Shown: one piece after another, positions 27,050-36,083 of the stretch
Layout: every line of letters begins with the position of its first letter
How positions within the stretch are numbered: position 1 is the stretch's first letter
IMG/VR virus record: IMGVR_UViG_3300022468_000500
Length of the DNA: 64,000 nt
Strand: one strand, 5' to 3'
Origin: a virus
Lineage: Duplodnaviria > Heunggongvirae > Uroviricota > Caudoviricetes
Translations under genes and position numbers: made by a program
Notes under the pieces: model-generated
What the model was told of the DNA's origin: nothing
Databases searched by the model: none
The model's input: the letters and a program-made list of their open reading frames with translations, nothing else

Positions 27050-27152
27050 GAGGTCGTAATGATCAATATAAAAATTTTAATGGCCATTGGCGCAAGCGCA
27101 ATACGTTTAGCTGCATAAACCGTAACTACTACATATACCTTTGGCAATTTCG

Positions 27153-27181
27153 CACTTGACTTTGTTGTGTCGATATAGTAT
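27153..27181 (+). promoter_or_regulatory. sigma70-like promoter TTGACT-N17-TATAAT at the strand-switch
   Basis: ttgactttgttgtgtcgatatagtataat upstream of the first plus-strand gene. Confidence 0.55.
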
Positions 27182-27248
27182 AATTAATGTTCATTAGGTA
27201 GAGATACATCTTCCTTTAACAATTGTTTTTAACATTCAAGGATTTACA

Positions 27249-27494
27249 ATGTTGCTGATTCAACGCCTAACACAAGGTTCTGTGCGCGTTACTGAAACAG
27301 ATGAATATGGCTTAGTTACTAAGCTGGAGCATGTGCCACCAACTTCTCTAGAACTTCAAGCTGCTAGGGCGTTGATTCGGGATCAGCAGATTATTGAAGG
27401 ATTGCTGAACATGCTACAACAAGCAGCTACTGATCTTCATAATTCCGAACAACGTTTCGCTGATCTAGTTAACGGAGCAAATCGTGCAAATTGA
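27249..27494 (+). CDS. hypothetical protein
   Basis: 81-aa ORF. Confidence 0.35.
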   Translation: MLLIQRLTQGSVRVTETDEYGLVTKLEHVPPTSLELQAARALIRDQQIIEGLLNMLQQAATDLHNSEQRFADLVNGANRAN

Positions 27495-27655
27495 TACATA
27501 CACTAAAGTTGAAGGAAAGCTGATAAAGTGGGAAGTAGTAGCTAATAGCTACGATGAAGCTATTAGTGCAGTAAAGCAAGTAATGCAACTACCTCGCACT
27601 AAACCTGTTCTAGCTTCTGTATACCTAGGCCCTGCTCAACAAGAACTATTCTAAA

Positions 27656-27877
27656 ATGATTTTTAAACCTAAAGCACAAAAACTACTTATTACTGAGATT
27701 GAGGAAGCTGAACGTAATTTGCTTCGGGCCACTATCAATCAACAAAAGGCTGTTACAGCCATTACCAACGCAGAGGCTGACTTAATGATTAAGAATGCAG
27801 AACTCGCGTATTACAAAGGGCTAGTATCCTCTCTTAAAGGAATGCAAGTTACTAATTATCAATCAACAAATGATTAA
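27656..27877 (+). CDS. hypothetical coiled-coil protein
   Basis: 73-aa ORF. Confidence 0.35.
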   Translation: MIFKPKAQKLLITEIEEAERNLLRATINQQKAVTAITNAEADLMIKNAELAYYKGLVSSLKGMQVTNYQSTND

Positions 27878-27906
27878 GGAGTAATAATACTCCTATAAGG
27901 AGTATT

Positions 27907-28338
27907 ATGAAAAAATCCATTTTAGCACTTATTGCGGCTTTGTGCTTTACAATGTCTAATGCTAACGAGCCTTCGCTCGTTAGCCATGAAGAAGTAGAAT
28001 GCCTAGCCAAAAATATCTACTACGAAAGTAGAGGCGAAGGCCGAATAGGTATGCTAGCTGTTGGGCAGGTTACACTTAATCGTACAAAACATCCAAACTT
28101 TCCAAATACTATATGCGGAACAGTTTACCAAAAGTATCAGTTTAGCTGGACTCAGACCAGAGAGGGTCGTAGAAACCCTACTCACTTCGCTAAGGCTAAA
28201 GCTATTGCAGTAGAGGTACTGTCAGGGGAGCACGAGTTAAAAGACTTTCCTGCGCTTTACTTCCATAACAATTCAGTTACCCCTAAATGGCGTCTCAAGA
28301 AAGTAGCTATTATCAAAAACCACCACTATTACAAATAA
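27907..28338 (+). CDS. SleB/CwlJ-like cell-wall hydrolase with signal peptide
   Basis: NIYYESRGEG...AVGQVTLNR...FPNTICGTVYQKYQFSWT matches the SleB hydrolase signature; N-terminal signal peptide. Confidence 0.6.
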   Translation: MKKSILALIAALCFTMSNANEPSLVSHEEVECLAKNIYYESRGEGRIGMLAVGQVTLNRTKHPNFPNTICGTVYQKYQFSWTQTREGRRNPTHFAKAKAIAVEVLSGEHELKDFPALYFHNNSVTPKWRLKKVAIIKNHHYYK

Positions 28339-28530
28339 TATGATTCTCTCTATTAAAGAAGCTGCTGCTTTGCTTACAAAAATGGCTAAATACGTACCTG
28401 ATGAAGATGTGGAACTTAAGTTCCTAGAAGGCCTTCCAGTAGAGGTACAACCTAAGAAGCCTAAAGACATTTTGTTCGCTGAATTGGTACCAGGAGAGCC
28501 TATTCTCAGGGTAAATCGTCCTCATTAATT

Positions 28531-29283
28531 ATGAAAATTCAACTTGTTTCCGACCTGCATTTAGAGTTTTATCGAGATCATTGGAATGATCATCCTATCT
28601 TCATAAATCATGAATGGCCTAATGCTGATGTAATCGTAGTTGCCGGAGACTTTGCTGTAGGTCCTAGTTCTGTAATTGCGGGCCTACAGAAGCTACGTAA
28701 AGTATACAAAAATGTTATTTACGTACCAGGCAACCACGAGTATTATGGCTATCGTGTTCGTGAATTCGATGCTGTACTACAAAACCTTAATAATGAAGGT
28801 ATTCATTTCCTAAACCCTGGAAATGTTAAAATTGGCGATACGACGTTTATTGGAGCCTGTCTGTGGACTAACTTCCGTGACGATCATTTTGCTAAATTAG
28901 CTGCTAAAGATATTATTAGTGATTTCTATCATATTAAAGAGTTTAGCACTAGTGCTGCCGTAGGTCTGTACACTGCGCATCTTGACTATATCAAGCGAAT
29001 GTACGAGGCTACTCCAGGTAAGAAAGTGATTATTACTCATTTTCTTCCTGCTATTGAAGCTATCGATCCTCAGTATATGAGGAATCCTGATTCTTCGTTA
29101 AATAAGTATTTTGCTAATGATCTAGGTGACTGGATTGCTGACATGCAAGATACCACTTGGATGTTTGGTCATACCCATTCGAGTGTAGATAAGCTTCTAG
29201 GGGATACTAGAATTGTTGCAAATCCTTACGGCTATTATCCTGAGGCTGTAAACAAAAACTTTAAGGTAGATTTCGTATTATGA
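28531..29283 (+). CDS. calcineurin-like metallophosphoesterase
   Basis: SDLHLE, VAGDFA, GNHEYYG, GHTHSS motifs. Confidence 0.7.
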   Translation: MKIQLVSDLHLEFYRDHWNDHPIFINHEWPNADVIVVAGDFAVGPSSVIAGLQKLRKVYKNVIYVPGNHEYYGYRVREFDAVLQNLNNEGIHFLNPGNVKIGDTTFIGACLWTNFRDDHFAKLAAKDIISDFYHIKEFSTSAAVGLYTAHLDYIKRMYEATPGKKVIITHFLPAIEAIDPQYMRNPDSSLNKYFANDLGDWIADMQDTTWMFGHTHSSVDKLLGDTRIVANPYGYYPEAVNKNFKVDFVL

Positions 29284-29488
29284 TCACAATCCCTGACTTA
29301 CAATATGCACATTGGTTGAGCCTAGAAGGCAAGAGTTCGGAACTTTCAGCATTGCTGGATAAACTTCTAGCTAGGCTGGAACAGAATAAGCCTACTAATT
29401 CTGATTAATTATAAAGCCCGATTAATTCGGGCTTTATTCTATAATTTCTTATTTGATTTTATAGAATAAAGTCTGTATAATTGTTTAT

Positions 29489-29812
29489 ATGAGCGATACA
29501 CGATTTAAAATTCAAGCAACTTGTTACGATGCTAAAGGCAGGATTCTGTCGAAAGGTCGTAATCAATATAATAAAACCCATCCACTTCAGGCTCATTTTG
29601 CCAAACTAGCAGGCGAGCCCTACAAGATTTATCTCCACGCAGAAATTGCAGCTATTCTTAAAGCAGGGGGTAAAAAGATTCATACTATTAAAGTAGAACG
29701 CTATACTAGTGATGGCTGTTCTGCTAATGCTCAACCCTGTCCAATTTGTCAAATGGCTATTAAGGCCTTTGGCATCAAACGTATTGAATATACAAATGAC
29801 TACAAGCCCTGA
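29489..29812 (+). CDS. CMP/dCMP deaminase-family zinc enzyme
   Basis: HAE...PCPICQ zinc-binding signature. Confidence 0.65.
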   Translation: MSDTRFKIQATCYDAKGRILSKGRNQYNKTHPLQAHFAKLAGEPYKIYLHAEIAAILKAGGKKIHTIKVERYTSDGCSANAQPCPICQMAIKAFGIKRIEYTNDYKP

Positions 29813-30062
29813 CACTTTTTGTATTAGCATTCGACACACTTTACCTGATGAAGTAGCTGTAGAAATTACTGATCGTATTACTGGTATCTTTAGCTATAAT
29901 ACTGTAAAGGTAAAAGAACTCGACTTAGATAAGCTCGAACAAGAGCTACTCGTCACGATTCGAGCATTTAAAGCAAAGAATCGTGACGACTGGGGTGATA
30001 TTTATCGACTTACTAAAGATAGTACCAATCCCTGGCTAAAAGGTAATACTAATGAACAATGA
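29796..30062 (+). CDS. hypothetical protein
   Basis: Start placed at MTTSPD overlapping the upstream stop (ATGA-type junction). Confidence 0.35.
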   Translation: MTTSPDTFCISIRHTLPDEVAVEITDRITGIFSYNTVKVKELDLDKLEQELLVTIRAFKAKNRDDWGDIYRLTKDSTNPWLKGNTNEQ

Positions 30063-30258
30063 TGTTGATTCAACAGCAACTACTGCTGTTGACAAAGGTT
30101 ACCACTGGAAACGTATTACTAAAGATACTCCGCGTGGACAGAAATACCAGCTTATTAATCGAGCTGCAGGCGTAGCCATTTACTCTATTCTTAGAGAGAA
30201 TGACACGTTTTTCACACATTACGCTAAGCTACCAACGTTTGAGGATGACGATGTTTAA
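30052..30258 (+). CDS. hypothetical protein
   Basis: 68-aa ORF. Confidence 0.3.
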   Translation: MNNDVDSTATTAVDKGYHWKRITKDTPRGQKYQLINRAAGVAIYSILRENDTFFTHYAKLPTFEDDDV

Positions 30259-30511
30259 ATTTATTTTCTATATTACGCTAGCTGCGGCAATAGCTGGCAC
30301 AGCTTGTGGTAAACGAGAAAGTACTCCTAAAGTTGATACGTCTTGGGGTATAGATAAGTGCATAATGAAAGAAGAATTTAGAATGTGTGTTGCATCTTTA
30401 GGCAAGACTAGTCCTATTCCTAAAGATGCCGTAGAGCAGTGCGAAAGTGCTGCTAGAACTTTGTCACGTACTCGTGAATATCTTATTATTCCTGAATGTA
30501 AAGGCTACTAA
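30251..30511 (+). CDS. small lipoprotein
   Basis: MFKFIFYITLAAAIAGTAC signal peptide with lipobox. Confidence 0.4.
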   Translation: MFKFIFYITLAAAIAGTACGKRESTPKVDTSWGIDKCIMKEEFRMCVASLGKTSPIPKDAVEQCESAARTLSRTREYLIIPECKGY

Positions 30512-30665
30512 ATGAAAGGTGTTCAATATAAAAAGCATTTTCTAGCCAAAGGTTCTGATGCCTATGAAATGCTAGAAGCGTCTAAGAAGGATCCAGATGT
30601 TCTTAAAAAGCTGGACAAACATCTTAAAGACGTAGATCAACGTGCAAAGGACTTACTAACTCGAT

Positions 30666-30851
30666 ATGACAAAACGTAAATCTTACAACGAAATTGTTAA
30701 AACTTCTATGCTTGTTAGCTGTCTAGAATACGACGCTAATGGGGCTATCTACTTTCAAGAAAAGTGGGTAGATGAAAATACAGTATATTTAGCAATGTTT
30801 CCTCCTGGGTATGTACTACCAATGACTATTGAAAGTTACCAACTTGACTGA
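30666..30851 (+). CDS. hypothetical protein
   Basis: 61-aa ORF. Confidence 0.3.
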   Translation: MTKRKSYNEIVKTSMLVSCLEYDANGAIYFQEKWVDENTVYLAMFPPGYVLPMTIESYQLD

Positions 30852-31077
30852 TAAAGTATACGGACCTTATAAAGTTACTTTTGCCGGACCCGGCGTTTAC
30901 GCCAGTATTGGGGAATTACCACCAGAATTAGAAGGCAAATCAGTACTTTTAAAAGTTTTAGACGAAGACCTTTACAACTCTGCTGTGCGCACATTGCATA
31001 GCTTAGGCTATACTTACCATAATGGTGAAATGTGGAAGCCTCCACTCGGAAAAAGACAAGAATATGTTACACGCTAA
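30829..31077 (+). CDS. hypothetical protein
   Basis: 82-aa ORF. Confidence 0.3.
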   Translation: MKVTNLTDKVYGPYKVTFAGPGVYASIGELPPELEGKSVLLKVLDEDLYNSAVRTLHSLGYTYHNGEMWKPPLGKRQEYVTR

Positions 31078-31261
31078 TTTAGCTTACACACTAGCGCTTC
31101 CCTTGGAATCCGATAAACTAGATTATCTTATTAAAGGTAATCTAGATACTCGTCGTTTCAGTGTAGGTCGAATCTCTACAAAAGCACAAGAAGAATTAAC
31201 CATTTTAGGTTACAAAGTAGTGTATGATCCTAAGCGGGATGAATACATGGTTTCATGGTAA
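31022..31261 (+). CDS. hypothetical protein
   Basis: 79-aa ORF. Confidence 0.3.
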   Translation: MVKCGSLHSEKDKNMLHANLAYTLALPLESDKLDYLIKGNLDTRRFSVGRISTKAQEELTILGYKVVYDPKRDEYMVSW

Positions 31262-31269
31262 GGAAATAA

Positions 31270-32067
31270 ATGATTTCAGCAAAAGTAATTAAAGACTCAG
31301 TAAATTTACATGGTAATCGAATTACCACTATGGAGATTGAAGCCCATCGAATGATTTGGGCAGAATTCATGACCCATCGAGCTTTCTCTCGTAATGCTTC
31401 CAGTTCACGAGCCATTCCTGTGGAACAGGTAATTAAGCGTGTACGTGAAGCGCCTGCTATGCCAGTATTCTGGGGTAAAAATCAGCCAGGTATGCAAGCA
31501 GCAGTAGAAATTACCGGTGACGAGCTAGAAGAAGCTCAGAAGGTCTGGATTTCAGCTGCAATGGCTGCTGCAAAATATTCAGAAGATATGGTACGTCTAG
31601 GCATTCATAAGCAGATTGCTAATCGTATCACTGAACCGTTCACGTTCATTAAAGCTGTAGTAACTGCTACCGACTGGGATAACTTCTGGAACCTTCGTTG
31701 TCACAAAGATGCTCAACCAGAAATTCGTGCTTTAGCTGATTTGATGCATACTGCGTACGTAGAGTCAATTCCGCATGGGTTAGCACAGGGCGAGTGGCAC
31801 CTGCCCTATATTGACGAAACTGATATTGATATGGCAGGTTACACTCTTGACGAGCAGATCGCTATCTCTGTATCAGCATGCGCCCAAGTATCTTATCGTA
31901 AGAATGATCTTAGTCTAGAAAAGGCTACTAAAATCTTTGATATGCTACTGAAGGCCGAAGTTCCTCATGCTAGCCCATTTGAACATGTAGCAATGGCTAG
32001 TTATGGTGAGCAATATTTTGCCAACTTCTGTGGTTGGGAATCTTATCGTTATCAATTAGGATGGTAA
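31270..32067 (+). CDS. thyX: flavin-dependent thymidylate synthase ThyX
   Basis: ThyX signature RHRAFSRNASSSR (RHRxxxxxS) and typical length. Confidence 0.8.
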   Translation: MISAKVIKDSVNLHGNRITTMEIEAHRMIWAEFMTHRAFSRNASSSRAIPVEQVIKRVREAPAMPVFWGKNQPGMQAAVEITGDELEEAQKVWISAAMAAAKYSEDMVRLGIHKQIANRITEPFTFIKAVVTATDWDNFWNLRCHKDAQPEIRALADLMHTAYVESIPHGLAQGEWHLPYIDETDIDMAGYTLDEQIAISVSACAQVSYRKNDLSLEKATKIFDMLLKAEVPHASPFEHVAMASYGEQYFANFCGWESYRYQLGW

Positions 32068-32071
32068 ATAA

Positions 32072-32338
32072 ATGAACGCAAGAGACGCTTATAAAAAGAC
32101 AATTGATTCAGATTTAGATCGAATTCAGTCTGTTATCAATCAAGCTGCAGCAGATGGTAGGCACGAAACACTATATCGTTCTGAAAACCCTTTTAAGTTA
32201 GAAGTCACTGAAGCTCTAGAGGAAGCTGGTTACGTACTAACTCGGTATGCTCCTACTCCAATGGATCGTACTGATGTATATGAACGTGCTAATTCATATA
32301 AGTATGTGCTAGGTATTTCTTGGTACAACCCAGAATGA
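32072..32338 (+). CDS. hypothetical protein
   Basis: 88-aa ORF. Confidence 0.35.
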   Translation: MNARDAYKKTIDSDLDRIQSVINQAAADGRHETLYRSENPFKLEVTEALEEAGYVLTRYAPTPMDRTDVYERANSYKYVLGISWYNPE

Positions 32339-32724
32339 ATAACGATGAACTAAAAGATAATTTAGCAGTTGATCTATTAGCTGTTCAAATTAAACGTAAA
32401 CTAGCTAAGGCTCGTGAAGACGGTAAAGGTGGTTGGGATACGGATAGTTGTCCTAACGAGTACCTTAGCGGGCTACTTCAGTGCAACGTGGAAAGCGGTG
32501 ACCCTGTAGACGTAGCAGCCTACTGCGCCTTTTTAGTAGCTCGTGGTGAAACTATCAAAGTTAAAACGCAAGAGCAGGCTAGACTTGATAAGCTAGAAAA
32601 GAGTTATACAGAATTGGGGAGACAGTTAGATGCTTTTGTGAAATCTGCTAATAAGTTAGTATTAAAGCTAGAAAGTATGGAGAATCTAGATGGTTCTGCC
32701 ATTAAGATTCTAGCCGATAATTAA
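32320..32724 (+). CDS. hypothetical protein
   Basis: 134-aa ORF. Confidence 0.35.
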   Translation: MVQPRMNNDELKDNLAVDLLAVQIKRKLAKAREDGKGGWDTDSCPNEYLSGLLQCNVESGDPVDVAAYCAFLVARGETIKVKTQEQARLDKLEKSYTELGRQLDAFVKSANKLVLKLESMENLDGSAIKILADN

Positions 32725-32730
32725 TCATAT

Positions 32731-32768
32731 AAGCCCTCATCATTTTTAGTGGTGAGGGCTTTTTTACT
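32731..32768 (+). terminator. rho-independent terminator
   Basis: agccctcatc...ggtgagggc stem followed by tttttt. Confidence 0.6.
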
Positions 32769-32821
32769 TGATTTTTTCCTAAAAACAGCGTATAATATAG
32801 AATAATTCGGAGCGGAATAGC

Positions 32822-33082
32822 ATGATAAATATACTTAGTTTACCACTTATTTATTGGGTTGTATATGGTTTAGTAGTAGCTTTACCAATTATGGTACTTA
32901 CGGTTACTAGAGTGTTTAAAGAAGATATCACTGTAGCCGGTTTTATACTTCTAACTTTTGTTGCGGTTATACCAGGTACTGGATTTGGTATTAGCGCACT
33001 GATTGTTATGTTATACGTGTTTAGCAAAATCTTAAACCTACCTATCTCGTCTAAGATTCTATTTAAGAAGGTTAAGAAATGA
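32822..33082 (+). CDS. small membrane protein
   Basis: Three hydrophobic segments. Confidence 0.35.
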   Translation: MINILSLPLIYWVVYGLVVALPIMVLTVTRVFKEDITVAGFILLTFVAVIPGTGFGISALIVMLYVFSKILNLPISSKILFKKVKK

Positions 33083-33339
33083 AATTTGATAAATCTATGA
33101 TTGGTCGCCGTGTAATGGAAAATAGCACTGGTGATGAAGGTATTGTTGAGTGTGAACGAGAACGTTACATTAATGACCCGTGCGATAGGGTATTCGTAAA
33201 ATGGGAAACAGGGGCTGAAAGAGGTTACAGGCTACATATACTTTTGGACAGTCTTACATTTGTTGATTCTGTCGCAGCTAGTCCAGAACCTGAATTTATT
33301 GAAATCAACGGCAAACGCTACAAATTGGTACCGGTATGA
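33079..33339 (+). CDS. small protein, tandem paralog A
   Basis: MKFDKSMIGRRVMEN...YKLVPV; paralog of the next ORF. Confidence 0.4.
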   Translation: MKFDKSMIGRRVMENSTGDEGIVECERERYINDPCDRVFVKWETGAERGYRLHILLDSLTFVDSVAASPEPEFIEINGKRYKLVPV

Positions 33340-33605
33340 AATTTACTGAAGATATGATCGGTCGTCGTATAAAAGAAATCGGCACAGGCGATGAAGGGAT
33401 AATTTTTTCTGTATTCAAGGACAAATTTGGAACTATTGATTCTGAATGTGTATACGTTCAGTGGAGCTCTGGTGATTACACTGGAGAAACTTTACACATT
33501 TTACTTAATGAAGTTGTATTTATTGATTCTACAGCGAGCACACCCGATGCTAATGCTGTACTTGTAGAAATCGCCGGCGTTAAGTATAGATTGGTACCAG
33601 TATGA
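33336..33605 (+). CDS. small protein, tandem paralog B
   Basis: MKFTEDMIGRRIKEI...YRLVPV. Confidence 0.4.
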   Translation: MKFTEDMIGRRIKEIGTGDEGIIFSVFKDKFGTIDSECVYVQWSSGDYTGETLHILLNEVVFIDSTASTPDANAVLVEIAGVKYRLVPV

Positions 33606-34009
33606 ACTTTATTGAAAACGTAAGCATGGAAAACATCAAACGTGCATGTCACTTTGATCCTGGTCCAAATTCTATGCTTATTCAAATTGTGGACCCCGAT
33701 CACGATTTTCCAGAACCTCTCTTTAAGTTCAAAGCTGTACATAAGTTCAAGTTTTGGGACGAGGAAGAGCCTGGTGACTGCACGATTTCGGATGGACAAG
33801 CTCTAGCTATTGCACAATGCCTGCGTCAAGCTCTTGCTGCACGTATGAACGTAATTGTTCATTGCCATGCAGGTCTTTGCCGTAGCGGAGCTGTTGCAGA
33901 ATGCGGAATCTTTATTGGGTTCCAAGATACGGAAGTTAAGCGCATTCCTAACTTGCTCGTGAAGGGTAAGATTATGAAAGCACTAGGATTTAGTTATGAA
34001 ACTGATTAA
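33602..34009 (+). CDS. dual-specificity/tyrosine protein phosphatase
   Basis: VIVHCHAGLCRSGAV = HCX5R(S) catalytic loop. Confidence 0.7.
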   Translation: MNFIENVSMENIKRACHFDPGPNSMLIQIVDPDHDFPEPLFKFKAVHKFKFWDEEEPGDCTISDGQALAIAQCLRQALAARMNVIVHCHAGLCRSGAVAECGIFIGFQDTEVKRIPNLLVKGKIMKALGFSYETD

Positions 34010-34286
34010 AGACTTACTAGAAATTATTAGAGCTCAGCAGGAATACATTGATGCTATTCCTACTGAAACAGCTGCAGTCTTTCCAGCTATGCCGGGCTTT
34101 GACCGTGATTGGGCTGATACGGTTGTATCAGATGCGGAACTTGTACTAAAGCATATGGCTGATGTAGAGTGCGCAATTTGTGGAGATGGATCAGCTAGGG
34201 TCCAGGTAACTCGCTACTGTTCAGAATGTACTAGCGACTATGCTGGTGTCTCAGAGTATCTAGCTTCAAAGATTTTAAGCAAATGA
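33996..34286 (+). CDS. hypothetical Cys-rich protein
   Basis: 96-aa ORF. Confidence 0.3.
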   Translation: MKLIKDLLEIIRAQQEYIDAIPTETAAVFPAMPGFDRDWADTVVSDAELVLKHMADVECAICGDGSARVQVTRYCSECTSDYAGVSEYLASKILSK

Positions 34287-34552
34287 AATCATACGTTCAA
34301 CCTGTACCAGACCACTGTGATCGCATTATCTGGCGTGGTCATTATTACCATTTACCTTTATGTACAAAAGATACTATCAATATTGTGACACCTGTGGCTG
34401 GCTCCGAGGACACGACGTTGGATGCCCACGAGACCCATATAACCCTTAAGTGGTGTAAGGAATGCGGAGAAGGAGTTACAAACTTCTGTAGGTCTAAAAT
34501 GGATGATGAATGTCCAATGAACTTTAGTAAGCCACCAAATGCAAAACTGTGA
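34283..34552 (+). CDS. hypothetical Cys-rich protein
   Basis: 89-aa ORF. Confidence 0.3.
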   Translation: MKSYVQPVPDHCDRIIWRGHYYHLPLCTKDTINIVTPVAGSEDTTLDAHETHITLKWCKECGEGVTNFCRSKMDDECPMNFSKPPNAKL

Positions 34553-34736
34553 ACATCGTTTTATTACTAGCACCTTTGAACTAGGTGTGCATTGCTCTAC
34601 ATGTAAAGAACCTCTAGTGGGCTTCTTTTGGCCTGTGTCTCGTAATACACTGGCTGGTAAACTGTTGTACAGTATGTACAAAGACACTGACCAAAAAGAA
34701 CAGGAAAAGTTAGATGACTTCATTAAACACGGATGA
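34539..34736 (+). CDS. hypothetical protein
   Basis: 65-aa ORF. Confidence 0.3.
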   Translation: MQNCEHRFITSTFELGVHCSTCKEPLVGFFWPVSRNTLAGKLLYSMYKDTDQKEQEKLDDFIKHG

Positions 34737-34989
34737 ACTACCTTTCAAACACATTGATTTAAATTGCACAGACCCTGCTCTATTATGGGCTGAGATTTTC
34801 CACTTACGTGAAGCTATCTCTGGTCCTCCAGGCTTTGTTTCTTGGAAGGATGCTGCAACATATGAGCGTTCTCTTAGAAAGAAAATAGAATCTAATATTC
34901 CTGAGTTTATGCAAGTTAGTATGGCTCCTACATATGAGTTTGCTAACGGTTGGAATGCTTGCGTATCCACTATGAAAGCTATTAAATGA
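34714..34989 (+). CDS. hypothetical protein
   Basis: 91-aa ORF. Confidence 0.3.
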   Translation: MTSLNTDELPFKHIDLNCTDPALLWAEIFHLREAISGPPGFVSWKDAATYERSLRKKIESNIPEFMQVSMAPTYEFANGWNACVSTMKAIK

Positions 34990-35125
34990 AAAAGACGGTT
35001 CTAGCAGTATCAATTGCCGCTATGCTTGGTGGTTTAGCATTTCCGGGACAAACCGAGTATGGATTTGCTATACACTATTACTATCCACGAGACTATAGCT
35101 TTGGCGAATTAGCACTAAAATATTT

Positions 35126-35392
35126 ATGATTTACCCTTGTACTTATCCGAAATGTAACTGTGGGCATGCTGATGGCCCTCCTTGCGAAGCCGATCATGCT
35201 TCACTGGTTGAGGAGCTGCAACGGCAGGTTGGCGCAGAGATGATTAATATTACTACCACAGTTTGGTATACTGATGAATGGTTAGCTATTCCCGGTATTT
35301 GGCAATCTGTGGCGAATGAACGTGATCGACTAAAGGCTGAAGTGGATACATTAAGAGCGGAACTTGATACAGCTAGAGGTAACTGGAAATGA
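35126..35392 (+). CDS. hypothetical protein
   Basis: 88-aa ORF. Confidence 0.3.
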   Translation: MIYPCTYPKCNCGHADGPPCEADHASLVEELQRQVGAEMINITTTVWYTDEWLAIPGIWQSVANERDRLKAEVDTLRAELDTARGNWK

Positions 35393-35637
35393 TGACAGAA
35401 GAAGAAATCAGAAAGATCGTAGAGTTATGCGCTGCAGTATGTGACAGCCGTTCTAGGTCTTTGAGCCGTGACAATTTATTCGTTGCGGCAAACGAGGCTA
35501 ATAAATGCGCAGGTACTGTGCGTGCTGAGGTAGGGTCTATTCTATATAAGATGTTGTCTCAGACCGATGCATGTTGGTGTTGCAAAGATGGCTACGCAGG
35601 TCAATATTGCACTGTTTGTAAATCTGTTAAGTATTAA
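35389..35637 (+). CDS. hypothetical Cys-rich protein
   Basis: 82-aa ORF. Confidence 0.3.
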   Translation: MMTEEEIRKIVELCAAVCDSRSRSLSRDNLFVAANEANKCAGTVRAEVGSILYKMLSQTDACWCCKDGYAGQYCTVCKSVKY

Positions 35638-35638
35638 A

Positions 35639-35866
35639 ATGGATAAAGAAACTAAAAATGTTATTTCCCTAGGTATCATATGTGCGGCACTAGGTGCTGC
35701 TTTGGGGTTTGGTTGGGGCTTTATTCATGGAGCTGGATACATTCGTGAAAAGTGTGAAACAACTAATGTGTTCTATTATAAGCACACCAACACTACGTAC
35801 TATTGCGCTAGCGAACAACAACTAAAGGAAGTACAAAATGATCTCAGTACGCGTCGTACAAGATAA
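35639..35866 (+). CDS. small membrane protein
   Basis: Start placed at MDKETKNV; hydrophobic ISLGIICAALGAALGFGWGFI. Confidence 0.35.
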   Translation: MDKETKNVISLGIICAALGAALGFGWGFIHGAGYIREKCETTNVFYYKHTNTTYYCASEQQLKEVQNDLSTRRTR

Positions 35867-36083
35867 ATTTGAGCCTAATAAGACTTATCCAGTTATTACG
35901 CCTGGTGGTATTAAAGAGCTATCAGGCGAACAAATTCTAGCTCGTCAGCGTGAAGAGAAAATAATCTTGACTAAAGCGGACTATTTTGATATAATTAATG
36001 AAATCAAAGCGATAAAGGAAAAATTAAATGAGCTTCAAAATGGCAGATACGGATGTAGTAAAGACTGCAGTAACTGCGGCTAA
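35838..36083 (+). CDS. hypothetical protein
   Basis: 81-aa ORF. Confidence 0.3.
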   Translation: MISVRVVQDKFEPNKTYPVITPGGIKELSGEQILARQREEKIILTKADYFDIINEIKAIKEKLNELQNGRYGCSKDCSNCG

